64,000 bases of DNA from Terriglobia bacterium (GCA_963748015.1 CAVVHE010000008.1:832001-896000); one strand, 5' to 3'. Positions 27,865-38,818 are shown, counted from the first letter of the stretch. Program-made: numbers and translations. The notes: generated by a model not told the origin, from the sequence alone.

Positions 27865-28758
27865 TCATATCTCTTGGGGCTTGCGCGCGATGATGCCCGA
27901 GACGGCGCGTGCGGGACGGCCGGGAACGGCCGGCTCGACCTCCTCGCGCAGGCGCAGGATCTCCCAGTCGTCGAACACCCGCTTCAGCTCTCCCGGTTTC
28001 AACAGGTGGGCGGGGTTCGCCGGCCGGCCGAAACGCGGTTGCTCGGTCGTGAAGGTCTGGTACACGACGACGCCGCCGGGCTTGAGACCGTCGCGGATGT
28101 CGTTGAACAGGGGGCGATGGAGGTAGTTGAACACCGCGACGACGTCGTAGGTCTCGAGGGGGATGATGTAGGTCCCGTCCTCGACGTTTCCCACGATGCC
28201 TCGGATCGGCGCGCCGAGCTTGCGCGCGGCCGTCCGGGCCCGCCGGACCGCGTCGGGGTCCACGTCCACGCCGTCCACGTCGAAGCCGCGCGTCGCGAGG
28301 TAGATCGCGTTGCGCCCCTCGCCCATCGCGATGTCGAGCGCGAGTCCCTTCGGGAGAAGCTGGAAGTTCTCGATCAGGAACCGCTCCGGAGCGATCGGGT
28401 GAACCTGCCGCCCGTTTCCCTCCATGCCCGTGGCGACGGGGCCGGGCCAAGCCTCGATCCCGCCCTCTAGGTTGAACAGCGACCGCAGGCCCTGCTCCGC
28501 GAGGAACTGGCAGGCCGACGCGGAGCGGATCCCGTACTCGCAGACGACCGCGACCGGGACGCCGCTGTTCGGCACCTCGCTCGCGCGGGTGTCGAGCTCC
28601 TGCAGCGGGATCAGGACGGAGCCGGGGATGTGCTTCGCCTCGAACTCGGTCTCGGTTCGCACGTCGAGAACAGCCAGGGACTCGCCCATCGCGAGCTTCC
28701 GGTAGAGCTCGTCTCCCCCGATGGCTTCCCAGCGCGAATCACGAGACAACGTCGGCAC
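27865..28758 (-). CDS. Rhodanese domain fused to a class I SAM methyltransferase (TehB-like)
   Basis: LDVRT..EF...HIPGS, CEYGIRS, LEGGIEAW; then LDIAMGEGRNAIYLA, NYLHR, LKPGG. Confidence 0.85.
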   Translation of the reverse strand: MPTLSRDSRWEAIGGDELYRKLAMGESLAVLDVRTETEFEAKHIPGSVLIPLQELDTRASEVPNSGVPVAVVCEYGIRSASACQFLAEQGLRSLFNLEGGIEAWPGPVATGMEGNGRQVHPIAPERFLIENFQLLPKGLALDIAMGEGRNAIYLATRGFDVDGVDVDPDAVRRARTAARKLGAPIRGIVGNVEDGTYIIPLETYDVVAVFNYLHRPLFNDIRDGLKPGGVVVYQTFTTEQPRFGRPANPAHLLKPGELKRVFDDWEILRLREEVEPAVPGRPARAVSGIIARKPQEI

Positions 28759-28913
28759 CCCCGAAACGTCCGCCTGCAATATAGCGAATCGCTCCCGGGG
28801 ACGCCCCTCCGCCTGGCCCGTTCAGACCAGCGCTAACGCAAGTTCTTATAGAAGGAGGGGGGCGGCAACCGTAAGGTGCGGAGTCGGTGGGGAACTCCTC
28901 ACGGTGGGTGACG

Positions 28914-29603
28914 TTACGCGCGTTTGCCGTCCCCCTCCTTGGCAACCGCGGAGCGGCTGGGCCACGGGCAGTCGGGGCGAAGGCCGCAGCGGTCGCAGGC
29001 GGGTTTCCTCGCGGCGCAGACGCGCCGCCCGTGCCAGATCAGCGCGTGGGAAGAGGGCGTCCACTCGTTTTCGGGCAGGATCTCCATCAGATCGCGCTCG
29101 ATCTTGTCGGGATCCGTCTCGGTGGTCAAGCCGAGCCGCTCCGCGAGGCGCCCGACGTGCGTGTCCACGGTGATCGCCGGGCGGCCGAACCAGGTGCCGA
29201 GGAGCACGTTGGCGGTCTTCCTGCCGACTCCCGGCAGGAGGATCAGCTCTTCCATGCGTTCGGGGACCCGGCCGCCGTGGCGCTCGACCAGCGCCTTTCC
29301 GAGCCCCGCGAGCGACCTCGCCTTGTTCCTGAAGAAGCCGGTGCTGCGGATCGCTTCCTCCAGCGCCGCGAGGTCGGCGCGCGCGTAGGCCCCGGCGTCC
29401 GGGTACCGGCGGAACAGGTCCGGCGTGACCCGGTTGACCCGCTCGTCGGTGCACTGCGCGGAGAGGATCGTCGCGACGAGAAGCTCCAGCGGGGTGCGGT
29501 GGGTCAACGCGCACGTCGCGTCGGGGTAGAGGCGATGGAGCCCCTCGACGATTCTCGCCGCCCGCGCCTTCCTCGCCGGGGCGGGTTCACTCCTTGCCGC
29601 CAC
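28914..29603 (-). CDS. nth: Endonuclease III
   Basis: ILSAQCTDERVN, LPGVGRKTAN (HhH), VDTHV, and the Fe-S motif C-x6-C-x2-C-x5-C. Confidence 0.95.
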   Translation of the reverse strand: MAARSEPAPARKARAARIVEGLHRLYPDATCALTHRTPLELLVATILSAQCTDERVNRVTPDLFRRYPDAGAYARADLAALEEAIRSTGFFRNKARSLAGLGKALVERHGGRVPERMEELILLPGVGRKTANVLLGTWFGRPAITVDTHVGRLAERLGLTTETDPDKIERDLMEILPENEWTPSSHALIWHGRRVCAARKPACDRCGLRPDCPWPSRSAVAKEGDGKRA

Positions 29604-31455
29604 GTCCGCCTCCCTTGCCACCCTTCGGGCGCGGCGCGGTCTTGCGCGGCCGAGGCCGCGAGGAACCGGCCGGTCGCTTGACGCGCCGCGGTCTCGGCAG
29701 CGCGACCCGCGCGCCGCCGGTCCCGGCGTCGCGCCGCCTCGCCGCGAGCCACTCGAGGAGACGGTCGAGCGGAAGCGCGTTCAGGACGTCGTCCCGCGTG
29801 CACCCTCCCTTGCGCGCGATCCCGATCCCGTACTCCACGTGGGCGAGCCCCTCCACCTCGTGCGCGTCGGGGTTCACGCTCGTCTTCAGCCCGCGCGCCA
29901 GGCCGAAACGGAGCGCCGGCGCGTCGAGGTCGAGCCTCTGGGGATGGGAGTTGATCTCCACCGCGACACCGCGCTCCGCGGCGGCCTCGAGAACGCGGTG
30001 CAGCTCGAGCGGGTAGGCGTCTCGGGCGAGCAGGAGCCGGCCGGTGACGTGACCGATCGTGTCCACGTAGGGATTCGACACGGCCCGGACCAGCCGGTCG
30101 GTCTGTTCCTTCGCCCCGAGAGTGAAACGGCTGTGGATCGAGGCGACCACGTATTCGAATGAGGCGAGGGCCTCGTCGGGGAAATCGAGGGCGCCGTCGG
30201 GGAGGATGTCCACCTCGACTCCCTTGAGGACGCGGAACTCGCCGCCGTACCGGGTGTTCAGCGCGTCGATCTCCTCCCACTGCCGACGGAACCGCTCCAT
30301 CGTGAGCCCGCCCGCGTACGCTGCCGCCTGCGAGTGGTCGCAGAGGCCTAGGTACCCCATCCCGAGAGCCCTCGCCCCTTCGGCCATCTGCTCGATCGTT
30401 GCGAGCCCGTCCGACCAGACCGAGTGGCAGTGCAGGATGCCGCGCAGATCGCGGAGCTCGACGAGCCGCGGGATCCGTCCCTGCTCCGCGGCCTCGAGCT
30501 CTCCCTGGTCCTCCCGCATCTCGGGCGGGACGAACGCGAGCCCCAGCGCGCGGTAGATCGCCTTCTCGTCCGGGCAGGGAATCGCGGCGCCGTCGGTCTC
30601 GCGGGTGAGGGCGTACTCGTTCAGCTTCAGCTCGAGCCGTTGCGCGCGCCCGCGGAGAGCGATGTTGTGGGCCTTGCTCCCCGTGAAGTACATCAGCGCG
30701 AACGGGAACGAGGCCGCCGGCACGACGCGGAGATCGGCGGAGGGGCCGGCGGCGAGACGCAGGCTGCACCGGGTCGGCCCCCTTCCGGTCACCTCCGCGA
30801 CGCCGGGGGCCGATGCGAAGGCCTCCATCACCGGCTCCGAGTCGGCGGCGGCGACCACGATGTCGATGTCCTTCGAGGTTTCGCAGCGACGCCGGACCGA
30901 TCCCGCGACCTCCGCCCGGATCGTCTGCGGGACCGCTCGGACGACGGCGAGGAGCCGCTCCGCCTCCTCGCGGACGACCGGCTGCAGGAACCGCCCGGCG
31001 TGCGCCCGCAGCCGCTCGATCCCGTCGAGGATCTTTCTTTCGGTGGCCTCGCCGAAGCCCGGCAGATCGCGGAGCCGCCCCTCGCGACAGGCCTGCTCGA
31101 GGTCGTCGAGCGTCGAGATCCCGACCGCGAGGTGGATCGCCCGCGCCTTCTTGGGGCCAAGGCCGGGGACGCGGAGCCAGTCGAGCATCCCCGGCGGGAC
31201 CTTCTCGCGAAGCTCGTCGAGATAGGGAAGCGACTCGCTCTCCAGGAGTGCGGCGATCTTCTCCGCGAGGGCCTCGCCGATCCCCTTCAGCCGGCGGATC
31301 TCGCCGGAGGTCACGAGGGCGCCGAGGTCCTCGTCGAGGCCGCGGACGACCCGCGCGGCGTTGGAATACGCCCGGCTCTTGAACGGGTTCTCGCCCAGGA
31401 GGTCGAGGAGGAGCGCGATCTCGTCGAGCGCGTCGGCGACGCCGGCCCGGTCCAT
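29587..31455 (-). CDS. polX: DNA polymerase X with a PHP 3'-5' exonuclease domain
   Basis: GENPFKSRAY, AGSVRR...KDIDI, YFTGSKAHN; PHP motifs HCHSVWSDG, CDHS, NPDAH. Confidence 0.95.
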   Translation of the reverse strand: MDRAGVADALDEIALLLDLLGENPFKSRAYSNAARVVRGLDEDLGALVTSGEIRRLKGIGEALAEKIAALLESESLPYLDELREKVPPGMLDWLRVPGLGPKKARAIHLAVGISTLDDLEQACREGRLRDLPGFGEATERKILDGIERLRAHAGRFLQPVVREEAERLLAVVRAVPQTIRAEVAGSVRRRCETSKDIDIVVAAADSEPVMEAFASAPGVAEVTGRGPTRCSLRLAAGPSADLRVVPAASFPFALMYFTGSKAHNIALRGRAQRLELKLNEYALTRETDGAAIPCPDEKAIYRALGLAFVPPEMREDQGELEAAEQGRIPRLVELRDLRGILHCHSVWSDGLATIEQMAEGARALGMGYLGLCDHSQAAAYAGGLTMERFRRQWEEIDALNTRYGGEFRVLKGVEVDILPDGALDFPDEALASFEYVVASIHSRFTLGAKEQTDRLVRAVSNPYVDTIGHVTGRLLLARDAYPLELHRVLEAAAERGVAVEINSHPQRLDLDAPALRFGLARGLKTSVNPDAHEVEGLAHVEYGIGIARKGGCTRDDVLNALPLDRLLEWLAARRRDAGTGGARVALPRPRRVKRPAGSSRPRPRKTAPRPKGGKGGGRGGKE

Positions 31456-31458
31456 TCG

Positions 31459-32139
31459 TCAGCGCTCCACCGTCCAGCGGAGATACACTTCGTCGCCGTG
31501 AGCCTCGCAGCTCGCGAGCCGGAGGCGCCGCCGGGCGTCCATGGAGAGCCCCTCGCCCTCGAGGAGGGTGGGTGCGAGGCGCCCGCCGAGCAGGCTCGGC
31601 GCGACGGTCACGTGGATCTCGTCCAGGAGGTCCGCCTCGACGAATCCCCAGTTCAGCTCGCCGCCTCCCTCGACGAGCAGGCGCTCGACGCCCCGCTCGC
31701 GCAGGCGGCCAACCAGCTCGACGAGGTCCACGCGCCCGCGGCCGACTTTCCACACCTCGCAGCGGCCCTCGAGTGTCGCCAGCCGGGCGGCCGGAGCGTC
31801 CTCCACCGTCGCCACGATCCTGACGGCGGCGTGCGCGTCGCGGAAGAAAGCGGAACCCGGGTCGAGGTCGGCGCTCGCGGTCACGACGACGTTGAGGAGG
31901 CCGTCGGGCTTGCCGAGGGACCGGCGGAAAGCCCGCATCTCGGGATCCCGCACGTGCAGCGGAGGATCGTCCGCCCGGAGCGTGCCGGCGCCGACCAGGA
32001 CCGCGTCCGCCTCCGCCCGGATCCGGTCCATCGTCTTCCGGTCCCGGGCCGAGGTGAAGGTGGGGTACTCCCGCGAGGCCGACGTGATCTTGCCGTCGGC
32101 CGTCATGGCCATGTTCATCGTCACGAACGGGCGCTTCAA
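31459..32139 (-). CDS. RibD C-terminal (pyrimidine reductase / DHFR-like) domain protein
   Basis: [55 protein letters not shown] start after GGGGAG. Confidence 0.88.
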   Translation of the reverse strand: MKRPFVTMNMAMTADGKITSASREYPTFTSARDRKTMDRIRAEADAVLVGAGTLRADDPPLHVRDPEMRAFRRSLGKPDGLLNVVVTASADLDPGSAFFRDAHAAVRIVATVEDAPAARLATLEGRCEVWKVGRGRVDLVELVGRLRERGVERLLVEGGGELNWGFVEADLLDEIHVTVAPSLLGGRLAPTLLEGEGLSMDARRRLRLASCEAHGDEVYLRWTVER

Positions 32140-32280
32140 GTTCTCTCCCCCGGGCGCGATTATTCTACCCCCGCCCGCCATGAAACACGCTCCCGCCGGG
32201 TGCGTAATGAAGGATCCGGCAACCGGGCTTGCGCCGCGGACGGAGGGTTCGTGCGCGCGCCCGAGGTCATGGAGGCGTCG

Positions 32281-35043
32281 ATGTTCCTGCGCAGATTGAT
32301 CCTGATCTTCCTGTTGGTCGCCGCCGTCGCCGGCGGGCCCGCGCTGGCGGCCCCGGCTCCGGAGGCCGCGAAAGGCCTCGCTTCGGGGATCGACATCCCG
32401 TACCAGAAGTTCGTGCTGCCGAACGGCTTGACCCTCATCGTCCACGAGGACCACAAGGCGCCGATCGTCGCGGTGAACGTCTGGTACCACGTGGGGTCGA
32501 AGAACGAGAAGCCGGGGCGGACCGGGTTCGCGCACCTCTTCGAGCACCTCATGTTCAACGGGACCGAGAACTACAACGACGACTATTTCAAGGTGCTCGA
32601 GAAGGTCGGCGCCACCGACCTCAACGGCACGACCAACGAGGACCGCACCAACTATTTCGAGAACGTCCCGATCTCGGCCCTCGACACGGTGCTCTGGATG
32701 GAGTCGGACCGCATGGGGCACCTCGTCGGCGCGATCGACCAGGGCAGGCTGGACGAGCAGCGCGGCGTCGTCCAGAACGAGAAGAGGCAGAGCGACAACG
32801 AGCCGTACAGCCTGGACGAGGAGGCGATCGCCAAGAGCTGCTTCCCCGCGGGACACCCGTACTCCTGGACGGTGATCGGCTCCCTGGAGGACCTCGGCGC
32901 GGCGAAGCTCGAGGACGTCCACGAGTGGTTCAAGTCGTATTACGGAGCCGCCAACGCCGTGCTGGCGGTCGCGGGGGACATCGACCCCAAGGTGATCAAG
33001 GAGAAGGTCGAGAAGTACTTCGGGGACATTCCCTCGGGACCGCCCGTGTCCCGTCCCGTGGCCTGGATCGCGAAGCGGACCGGCTCGCAGCGCCAGGTCG
33101 CCCAGGACCGCGTGCCCCAGGCGCGGCTCTACAAGGTCTGGAACGTCCCCGAGCGCACCTCCGCGGACGCCGACTACCTCGAGCTGGCCGCCTCCGTGCT
33201 GGCCTCGGGGAAGAGCTCGCGGCTGTTCAAGCGCCTCGTGTACGACGACCAGATCGCGACGTCGGTTCAGGCCTTCGTGGACCGGCGGGAGATCGCGGGG
33301 CTGTTCATGATCATGGCGACGGCGAAGCCGGGCGGCGACCTCGCGAAGGTCGAGAAGGCGGTTGACGAGGAGCTCGCCCGCTTCCTCAAGGACGGACCGA
33401 CCGCGGAGGAGCTGAAGCGCGCCAAGACCGAGCGTCTCGCCGGCTTCGTGCGCGGGGTCGAGCGGATCGGCGGCTTCGGCGGCAAGTCGGACGTCCTGGC
33501 GATGAGCCAGGTCTACATCGGCACCCCCGATGCGTGGAAGATCTATCTCGGCCGGCTCGAGGGCGCGTCGGAGGCGGAGGTGCGCGGCGCCTCGGCGCGG
33601 TGGCTGTCCGACGGCGTCTACGCCCTCGAGATCCACCCGTTCCCCGAGTACACCGCGTCGAAGTCCACGGTGGACCGGTCGAAGGTCCCCACCCCGGGAC
33701 CCACGCCGGACGCGTCGTTCCCCGAGATGAAGAAGGCCACCCTCTCGAACGGCCTGAAGCTCGTCGTGGCCGAGCGCCACTCGATCCCGGTCGTCGACTT
33801 CAACCTGATCCTCGACGCGGGGTACGCCTCGGACAGCTTCGCCGTGCCCGGCCTCGCGAGGCTCGCGATGGAGATGCTCGACGAGGGGACGAAGACCCGG
33901 GACGCGCTGGGCATCAGCGACCAGCTGGCCGGCCTCGGCGCGAGGCTCAACACCGGGTCGGACCTCGACACCTCGTCGGTCACGCTCTCCGCTCTCAAGG
34001 CGAACCTCGATCCGTCGCTCGGGATCTTCGCGGACGTGGTCTTGAACCCCTCGTTCCCGCAGGCCGATCTCGACCGGCTGAAGAGGCAGCAGATCGCGAG
34101 GATCCAGTCCGAAAAGGTCCAGCCGCAGAGCATGGCGCTGAGGGTCTTCCCGAAGCTGCTCTTCGGGGCGGACCACGCCTACGGCACGCCCTTCACCGGC
34201 TCCGGCTTCGAGAAGACCGTGGCCGGGCTCACGCGGGACGATCTGGTGAAGTTCCACGGGACGTGGTTCAAGCCGAACCACGCCGCGATCGTCGTGGTGG
34301 GCGACACGACCCTCGCCGAGATCCAGCCGAAGCTGGAGGCGCTGTTCGGCGGCTGGAAGGGGGGCGACGTCCCGAAGAAGAATCTCCGGGAAGTGAAGCA
34401 GCAGCCGAAGCAGGTCGTGTACCTGATCGACCGGCCGGGCTCGGTGCAATCGATGGTGATCGCCGGCCACGTGGCGCCCCCCAAGGCGAACCCCGACGAG
34501 ATCGCCATCGAGGCGCTGAACCGGGTCCTCGGAGGGAGCTTCACGTCGCGGATCAACATGAACATCCGCGAGGACAAGCACTGGAGCTACGGCGCGGGCA
34601 GCCAGGTCGTCCCGGCCAGCGGGCAGCGGCCGTACGTCGTCTTCGCTCCCGTCCAGTCCGACAAGACGAAGGAGACGCTGGCGGAGATCTCGAAGGAGCT
34701 GAGGGGCCCGCTGGGACCGCGGCCGGTGACGGCGGACGAGCTCGAGAAGGCCCGGGACGGACTCACCCTCTCGCTGCCGGGAAGGTGGGAGACCGGAAGG
34801 GCGGTCGGAGCCTCGATCGCGGAGATCCTGCGGTTCGGGCTGCCGGACAACTACTTCGCCACGTATCCGAACAAGGTCCGCGCCCTGACCGTGGCCAACG
34901 AGGCGGCGGCGGCGCAGAAGCTGCTGCACCCCGACTCGGTCATCTGGGTCGTCGTCGGCGACCGCGCCAAGATCGAGGGGCCGATTCGCGAGCTGGGGCT
35001 CGGCGAGATCAAGTTCCTCGACGCCGACGGGAATCCGCTCTGA
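32281..35043 (+). CDS. M16 (pitrilysin/PqqL-like) zinc peptidase, secreted, with fused halves
   Basis: Signal peptide; [11 protein letters not shown] (HXXEH), [27 protein letters not shown]. Confidence 0.94.
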   Translation: MFLRRLILIFLLVAAVAGGPALAAPAPEAAKGLASGIDIPYQKFVLPNGLTLIVHEDHKAPIVAVNVWYHVGSKNEKPGRTGFAHLFEHLMFNGTENYNDDYFKVLEKVGATDLNGTTNEDRTNYFENVPISALDTVLWMESDRMGHLVGAIDQGRLDEQRGVVQNEKRQSDNEPYSLDEEAIAKSCFPAGHPYSWTVIGSLEDLGAAKLEDVHEWFKSYYGAANAVLAVAGDIDPKVIKEKVEKYFGDIPSGPPVSRPVAWIAKRTGSQRQVAQDRVPQARLYKVWNVPERTSADADYLELAASVLASGKSSRLFKRLVYDDQIATSVQAFVDRREIAGLFMIMATAKPGGDLAKVEKAVDEELARFLKDGPTAEELKRAKTERLAGFVRGVERIGGFGGKSDVLAMSQVYIGTPDAWKIYLGRLEGASEAEVRGASARWLSDGVYALEIHPFPEYTASKSTVDRSKVPTPGPTPDASFPEMKKATLSNGLKLVVAERHSIPVVDFNLILDAGYASDSFAVPGLARLAMEMLDEGTKTRDALGISDQLAGLGARLNTGSDLDTSSVTLSALKANLDPSLGIFADVVLNPSFPQADLDRLKRQQIARIQSEKVQPQSMALRVFPKLLFGADHAYGTPFTGSGFEKTVAGLTRDDLVKFHGTWFKPNHAAIVVVGDTTLAEIQPKLEALFGGWKGGDVPKKNLREVKQQPKQVVYLIDRPGSVQSMVIAGHVAPPKANPDEIAIEALNRVLGGSFTSRINMNIREDKHWSYGAGSQVVPASGQRPYVVFAPVQSDKTKETLAEISKELRGPLGPRPVTADELEKARDGLTLSLPGRWETGRAVGASIAEILRFGLPDNYFATYPNKVRALTVANEAAAAQKLLHPDSVIWVVVGDRAKIEGPIRELGLGEIKFLDADGNPL

Positions 35044-35056
35044 GCTCGATGCACGG

Positions 35057-35090
35057 GGACGCCCCGCTCCCGCGAGGGGGCGGGGCGTCC
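35057..35090 (+). terminator. GC-rich hairpin with a GCGA tetraloop after the M16 gene
   Basis: GGACGCCCCGCTCCC-GCGA-GGGGGCGGGGCGTCC; weak U tract. Confidence 0.5.
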
Positions 35091-35163
35091 GTCTCTCGGG
35101 CCCTCCGGCTGCGCTAACATGGCGGCGCGACTCGAGGCACCCGGGCCGCGAGAGGAGGGGGAA

Positions 35164-35772
35164 ATGAGCGGGCTTCCGGCACGGGACGAGGCGATGGCGC
35201 TGCTCCGCGAGCACACGAAGGGGCCGGGGCTCCTCAAGCACGCGATGGCCGTCGAGGCCGCGCTCCGCGCGCACGCCCGGCGGCTCGGGAAGGACGAGCA
35301 CGCCTGGGGGCTCGTGGGGCTGCTGCACGACTTCGACTACGAGCGCTGGCCCGATGCCGAGAACCACCCCTGGCGGGGCGTGGAGATCCTCGAGAAGCTC
35401 GGCTACCCGGACTGGTTCCGCCGGGCGGTCCTCTCGCACGCGTCGTACACCGGCGTCACGCGGGAGACGGATCTCGAGAAGGCCCTCTGCGCCTGCGACG
35501 AGCTGTGCGGCTTCGTCACCGCCTGCACGCTCGTCATCCCGTCGAAGTCGCTGCACGATCTCAAGGTCTCGTCGGTTCGAAAGAGGATGAAGGACAAGGC
35601 GTTCGCCCGCGCGGTGAACCGCGACGAGATCGTCGAGGGGGCCGCGCTCCTGGGGATGGAGCTCGAGGCCCACATCGCGTTCGTCCTCGACGCGATGAGA
35701 GGGGTCGCGGACGACCTGGGCCTCGCCGGCGCCGCCGCGTCCGGTGGCGGAGGCGCGCCCGCGGGGGAGTAG
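35164..35772 (+). CDS. HD-domain phosphohydrolase (HDIG-like)
   Basis: LLKHAMAVEA, GLLHDFDYE, AVLSHA, CDELCGF, KDKAFA; GGAGGGG RBS. Confidence 0.88.
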   Translation: MSGLPARDEAMALLREHTKGPGLLKHAMAVEAALRAHARRLGKDEHAWGLVGLLHDFDYERWPDAENHPWRGVEILEKLGYPDWFRRAVLSHASYTGVTRETDLEKALCACDELCGFVTACTLVIPSKSLHDLKVSSVRKRMKDKAFARAVNRDEIVEGAALLGMELEAHIAFVLDAMRGVADDLGLAGAAASGGGGAPAGE

Positions 35773-35818
35773 AATCCGCCCGATCGGAGCGGCTCCGTCC
35801 CGGCCCAAGGGTACCGCC

Positions 35819-37141
35819 ATGCTCGAGAGGATCTTCCGGCTCAGCGAGAGCGGCACGACCGTCCGGATCGAGGTCCTCGGCGGCGTGACCACGTTCATGA
35901 CGATGTCGTACATCGTCTTCGTCAACCCGGCGGTCCTCTCCCAGGCCGGGATGGACTTCGGCGCGGTGATGGCCGCCACCTGCCTCTCGGCGGGCCTGGC
36001 CACCTGGGTCATGGGCCTCCTGGCGAACTACCCGATCGCGATGGCGCCGGCGATGGGAGAGAACTTCTTCTTTCTCACGGTGGTCGTCGGGATGGGAGTG
36101 CCGTGGCAGGTCGTCCTCGCCGCGGTCTTCCTCTCCGGGGTCGCGTTCTTCCTGCTCACCTTCCTCCGCCTGCGGGAGATGATCATCGACGCGGTGCCGC
36201 GAAGCCTGAAGCACGCGATCGCCGCCGGGATCGGCCTGTTCATCGCGTTCATCGGGCTGATGAACGCGGGGATCGTCGAGAAGCCGGCAGGGGGCGGGAT
36301 CCTCCACTTGGCACCGCTCGGCCGGCCGCCCGCGCTCGTGGCCTGCGCGGGGCTCGCCGTGACCGTGGCGCTCATGGCCCGGAAGGTGAAGGGCGCGATC
36401 CTCCTCGGCATCGTGGCGGCCACGGCGATCGCGTGGGGCGCCGGGCTCGTGGAGTGGCAGGGGCTCTTCGCCGCGCCGCCTTCCCTCGCTCCCACGGCGT
36501 TCCGTCTCGACCTCGCCGCGGCGCTCGACCCTCGGATGATCCACGTGGTGGTCCTCTTCCTGTTCATGGCGGTGTTCGACGCGATCGGGACGCTGATCGG
36601 CATCGGCGAGCAGGGCGGGTTCCTTCGCGACGGGAAGCTCCCCCGCGCGACCCGCGCCCTCATGGCCGATTCGTCCGGGACCGTCGTCGGCTCGCTTCTC
36701 GGCACCTCCACGGTGACCGCCTACATCGAGAGCGCGACCGGGGTCGAGGCGGGGGCGCGGACCGGCCTCGCGAACATGGTGACCGGCTCGCTGTTCTTTC
36801 TCGCGCTCTTCATGGCCCCCCTCGTTCGCATGGTGGGGGGCGGGGTCCCGGTGGACGGGGGCGCCGTCCTTCAGCCCCTGACCGCCCCCGCGCTCATCGT
36901 GGTGGGCAGCCTGATGGCGCGGAACCTCCAGCGCGTCGACTGGTCGGACGTCACCGAATCGTTTCCCGCGTTCCTGGTGCTGGTGGGAATCCCGTTCAGC
37001 TGGTCGATCGCCGACGGCATCGCCTTCGGCTTCATCGCGTACCCGGCGCTCAAGCTGCTGTCCGGCCGGCCCCGCGAGGCCTCGTGGCTCGTGTACGCCC
37101 TGGGCGCTTTGTTCGTCCTGCGGTACGCCCTGATCGGATAG
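35819..37141 (+). CDS. NCS2/AzgA-family purine permease
   Basis: GGVTTFMTMSYIVFVNP, APAMGENFFF, GTSTVTAYIESATG, SIADGIAFG. Confidence 0.92.
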   Translation: MLERIFRLSESGTTVRIEVLGGVTTFMTMSYIVFVNPAVLSQAGMDFGAVMAATCLSAGLATWVMGLLANYPIAMAPAMGENFFFLTVVVGMGVPWQVVLAAVFLSGVAFFLLTFLRLREMIIDAVPRSLKHAIAAGIGLFIAFIGLMNAGIVEKPAGGGILHLAPLGRPPALVACAGLAVTVALMARKVKGAILLGIVAATAIAWGAGLVEWQGLFAAPPSLAPTAFRLDLAAALDPRMIHVVVLFLFMAVFDAIGTLIGIGEQGGFLRDGKLPRATRALMADSSGTVVGSLLGTSTVTAYIESATGVEAGARTGLANMVTGSLFFLALFMAPLVRMVGGGVPVDGGAVLQPLTAPALIVVGSLMARNLQRVDWSDVTESFPAFLVLVGIPFSWSIADGIAFGFIAYPALKLLSGRPREASWLVYALGALFVLRYALIG

Positions 37142-37759
37142 TCAGCTCAAGGCCATCGTCCAGAACGCGAGCCTGTTCTCGATCAGCCGGCGGAACGCCT
37201 CGTCCACGACGGCGAGTTCCTTCGGCGTGGCGGCCGCGAGAGCGCGATTCGCCGCCCTCTCCAGCGGCTTGGGCCAGTCGAGCGAGCGAATCTCATTCCA
37301 GTGGCTGAGGAGCTCCCGGTTGGGTACCGGGCGACGATTCCTCGGTTTCCACGCCACCGAGGTGATGAGGAGATCGCCCCAGCAAACGACGAGGCCCACC
37401 ACGTAGGGCTGGAGCGCGAGGGCCGTGTGAAAGGCGATCTGGCTCCGGACGACCGGGTTGACGGGCGCATCGGGATCGATGCCCCGCCTTTTCATCCACG
37501 CGTCGATCCAGCAAAGCTCGGCCTGCATGGAAGTCAAGACGTCGAGAAGGACCTCGCGGTCGGCCCGCGGCGCCACGGCGAGCAGCCGGCTCACGAGGGA
37601 GAACAGGCTGCTCAACCGCGCGCGCCCCGCGACGATCCACCGAGCGAGGCGCTCGTGCTCGATGATCCCGTCGTGCAAGCCGCTCACGAACGGGTTCTCG
37701 ACGGCGATCCGCCAGGCGTGCCGGTTCTTCCTGATCAGTTCTCGGGCCGTCGGCGCCAT
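37142..37759 (-). CDS. TenA/thiaminase II-like protein (degenerate)
   Basis: W...ENPFV..LHDG, AELCWI, C-terminal FWTMA; the usual QD is replaced by AG. Confidence 0.65.
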   Translation of the reverse strand: MAPTARELIRKNRHAWRIAVENPFVSGLHDGIIEHERLARWIVAGRARLSSLFSLVSRLLAVAPRADREVLLDVLTSMQAELCWIDAWMKRRGIDPDAPVNPVVRSQIAFHTALALQPYVVGLVVCWGDLLITSVAWKPRNRRPVPNRELLSHWNEIRSLDWPKPLERAANRALAAATPKELAVVDEAFRRLIENRLAFWTMALS

Positions 37760-37784
37760 TTCTCCTCCGTTCCAGCAAGCGGTG

Positions 37785-38249
37785 TCAGCCGGGCGGCTGG
37801 TTTCCCCGTCCGCGGCACTTCGAGCAAAGGCCTCCCATCTCGAGCCGCACGACCGAGGGCTTGAATCCGGTCTCCTTCTCCACCTTCCGCTTGAGGTCCT
37901 CCCAGAACGATCCGCCGGGCTCCTCCACTCCGCCGCAGGACGTGCAGACGAGGTGGATGTGCAGCGTGCTCGGGCGGACCTCGTAGAAGTGGCGCTCCCC
38001 GGTGACGTGCATCAGGTCCAGCTCGTCGACGAGCCCGAGCCGCTTCAGCCGGTTCAAGGTGCGGTAGACCGTGGCGCGGTGGATGCCGGGGTCCCGCTTC
38101 CGCGCGAGACGGAACACGGACTCGGCGTCGAGGTGCCCGCGAGACTCGTCGAGCAGCTCCGCGAGCAGCCGTCTCTGCCCAGTGAGCCTCACTCCCCGGG
38201 CCTTCATCCGCTCGAGCAGGGTCCCGCCGGTCTCCGCTTCCCGCATCAC
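37785..38249 (-). CDS. Fur-family transcriptional regulator
   Basis: RLTGQR, HLDAE, ATVYRTL, HIHLVCTSCG, GLCSKC. Confidence 0.93.
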   Translation of the reverse strand: MMREAETGGTLLERMKARGVRLTGQRRLLAELLDESRGHLDAESVFRLARKRDPGIHRATVYRTLNRLKRLGLVDELDLMHVTGERHFYEVRPSTLHIHLVCTSCGGVEEPGGSFWEDLKRKVEKETGFKPSVVRLEMGGLCSKCRGRGNQPPG

Positions 38250-38259
38250 GCGTCCACGC

Positions 38260-38745
38260 TCACGACAGCTTGTAGCCGATCTTGCGGAGGAAGCCGATCC
38301 GGTGCGCCCGGTCCTCCGCCGTCTCGATCCCCTTCGGCGACGCGCCGTCCACCACGCCGAGGATCGCCCTCCCCCCGTCGTGCTCCGCCAGGACCACCGT
38401 CGTCGGGTTCGCGGTGGCGCAGTAGATCCGGCAGACCTCCGGCACGGTCTTCAGCGTGTTCAGGACGTTCACCGGAAACGCGTTCTCGAGGAACAGGATG
38501 AACGAGTGTCCCGCGCCGATCGCCGAGGCGTTCCTCGCGGCGAGGTCCTGCAGCCGCTCGTCGTTCCCGCTCACCCGGACGAGGCACGGGCCCGACGCCT
38601 CGCAGAACGCCACGCCGAACTTCGCGGACGGCACCGTGGACACGACAGCCTCGTGGACGTCCTCCACGGTCTTGATGAAGTGGGACTGGCCGAGCACGAA
38701 GTTCATGTCGGCGGGCTTGTCGATCGTCACGGTCAGCAGGTTCAT
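38260..38745 (-). CDS. Adenosine-specific kinase / DUF355 family protein
   Basis: LGQSHFIKTVED, FGVAFCEASG, IGAGHSF, IYCATANP, LRKIGYK. Confidence 0.88.
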   Translation of the reverse strand: MNLLTVTIDKPADMNFVLGQSHFIKTVEDVHEAVVSTVPSAKFGVAFCEASGPCLVRVSGNDERLQDLAARNASAIGAGHSFILFLENAFPVNVLNTLKTVPEVCRIYCATANPTTVVLAEHDGGRAILGVVDGASPKGIETAEDRAHRIGFLRKIGYKLS

Positions 38746-38818
38746 CGCCGCCTCCCTGTCCCGGTATCCTATCGCGGTTTGCCGCGGCGGCACTCCCAGC
38801 CGGGCCCTACCGGAAGGC

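Noticed and set aside
30424..36012. Giant ORFs of 1539 aa (+) and 1517 aa (-)
   Set aside because: Stop-poor antisense frames in high-GC DNA; only 32281-35043 (+, M16) and 31459-32139 (-, RibD-C) carry real motifs.
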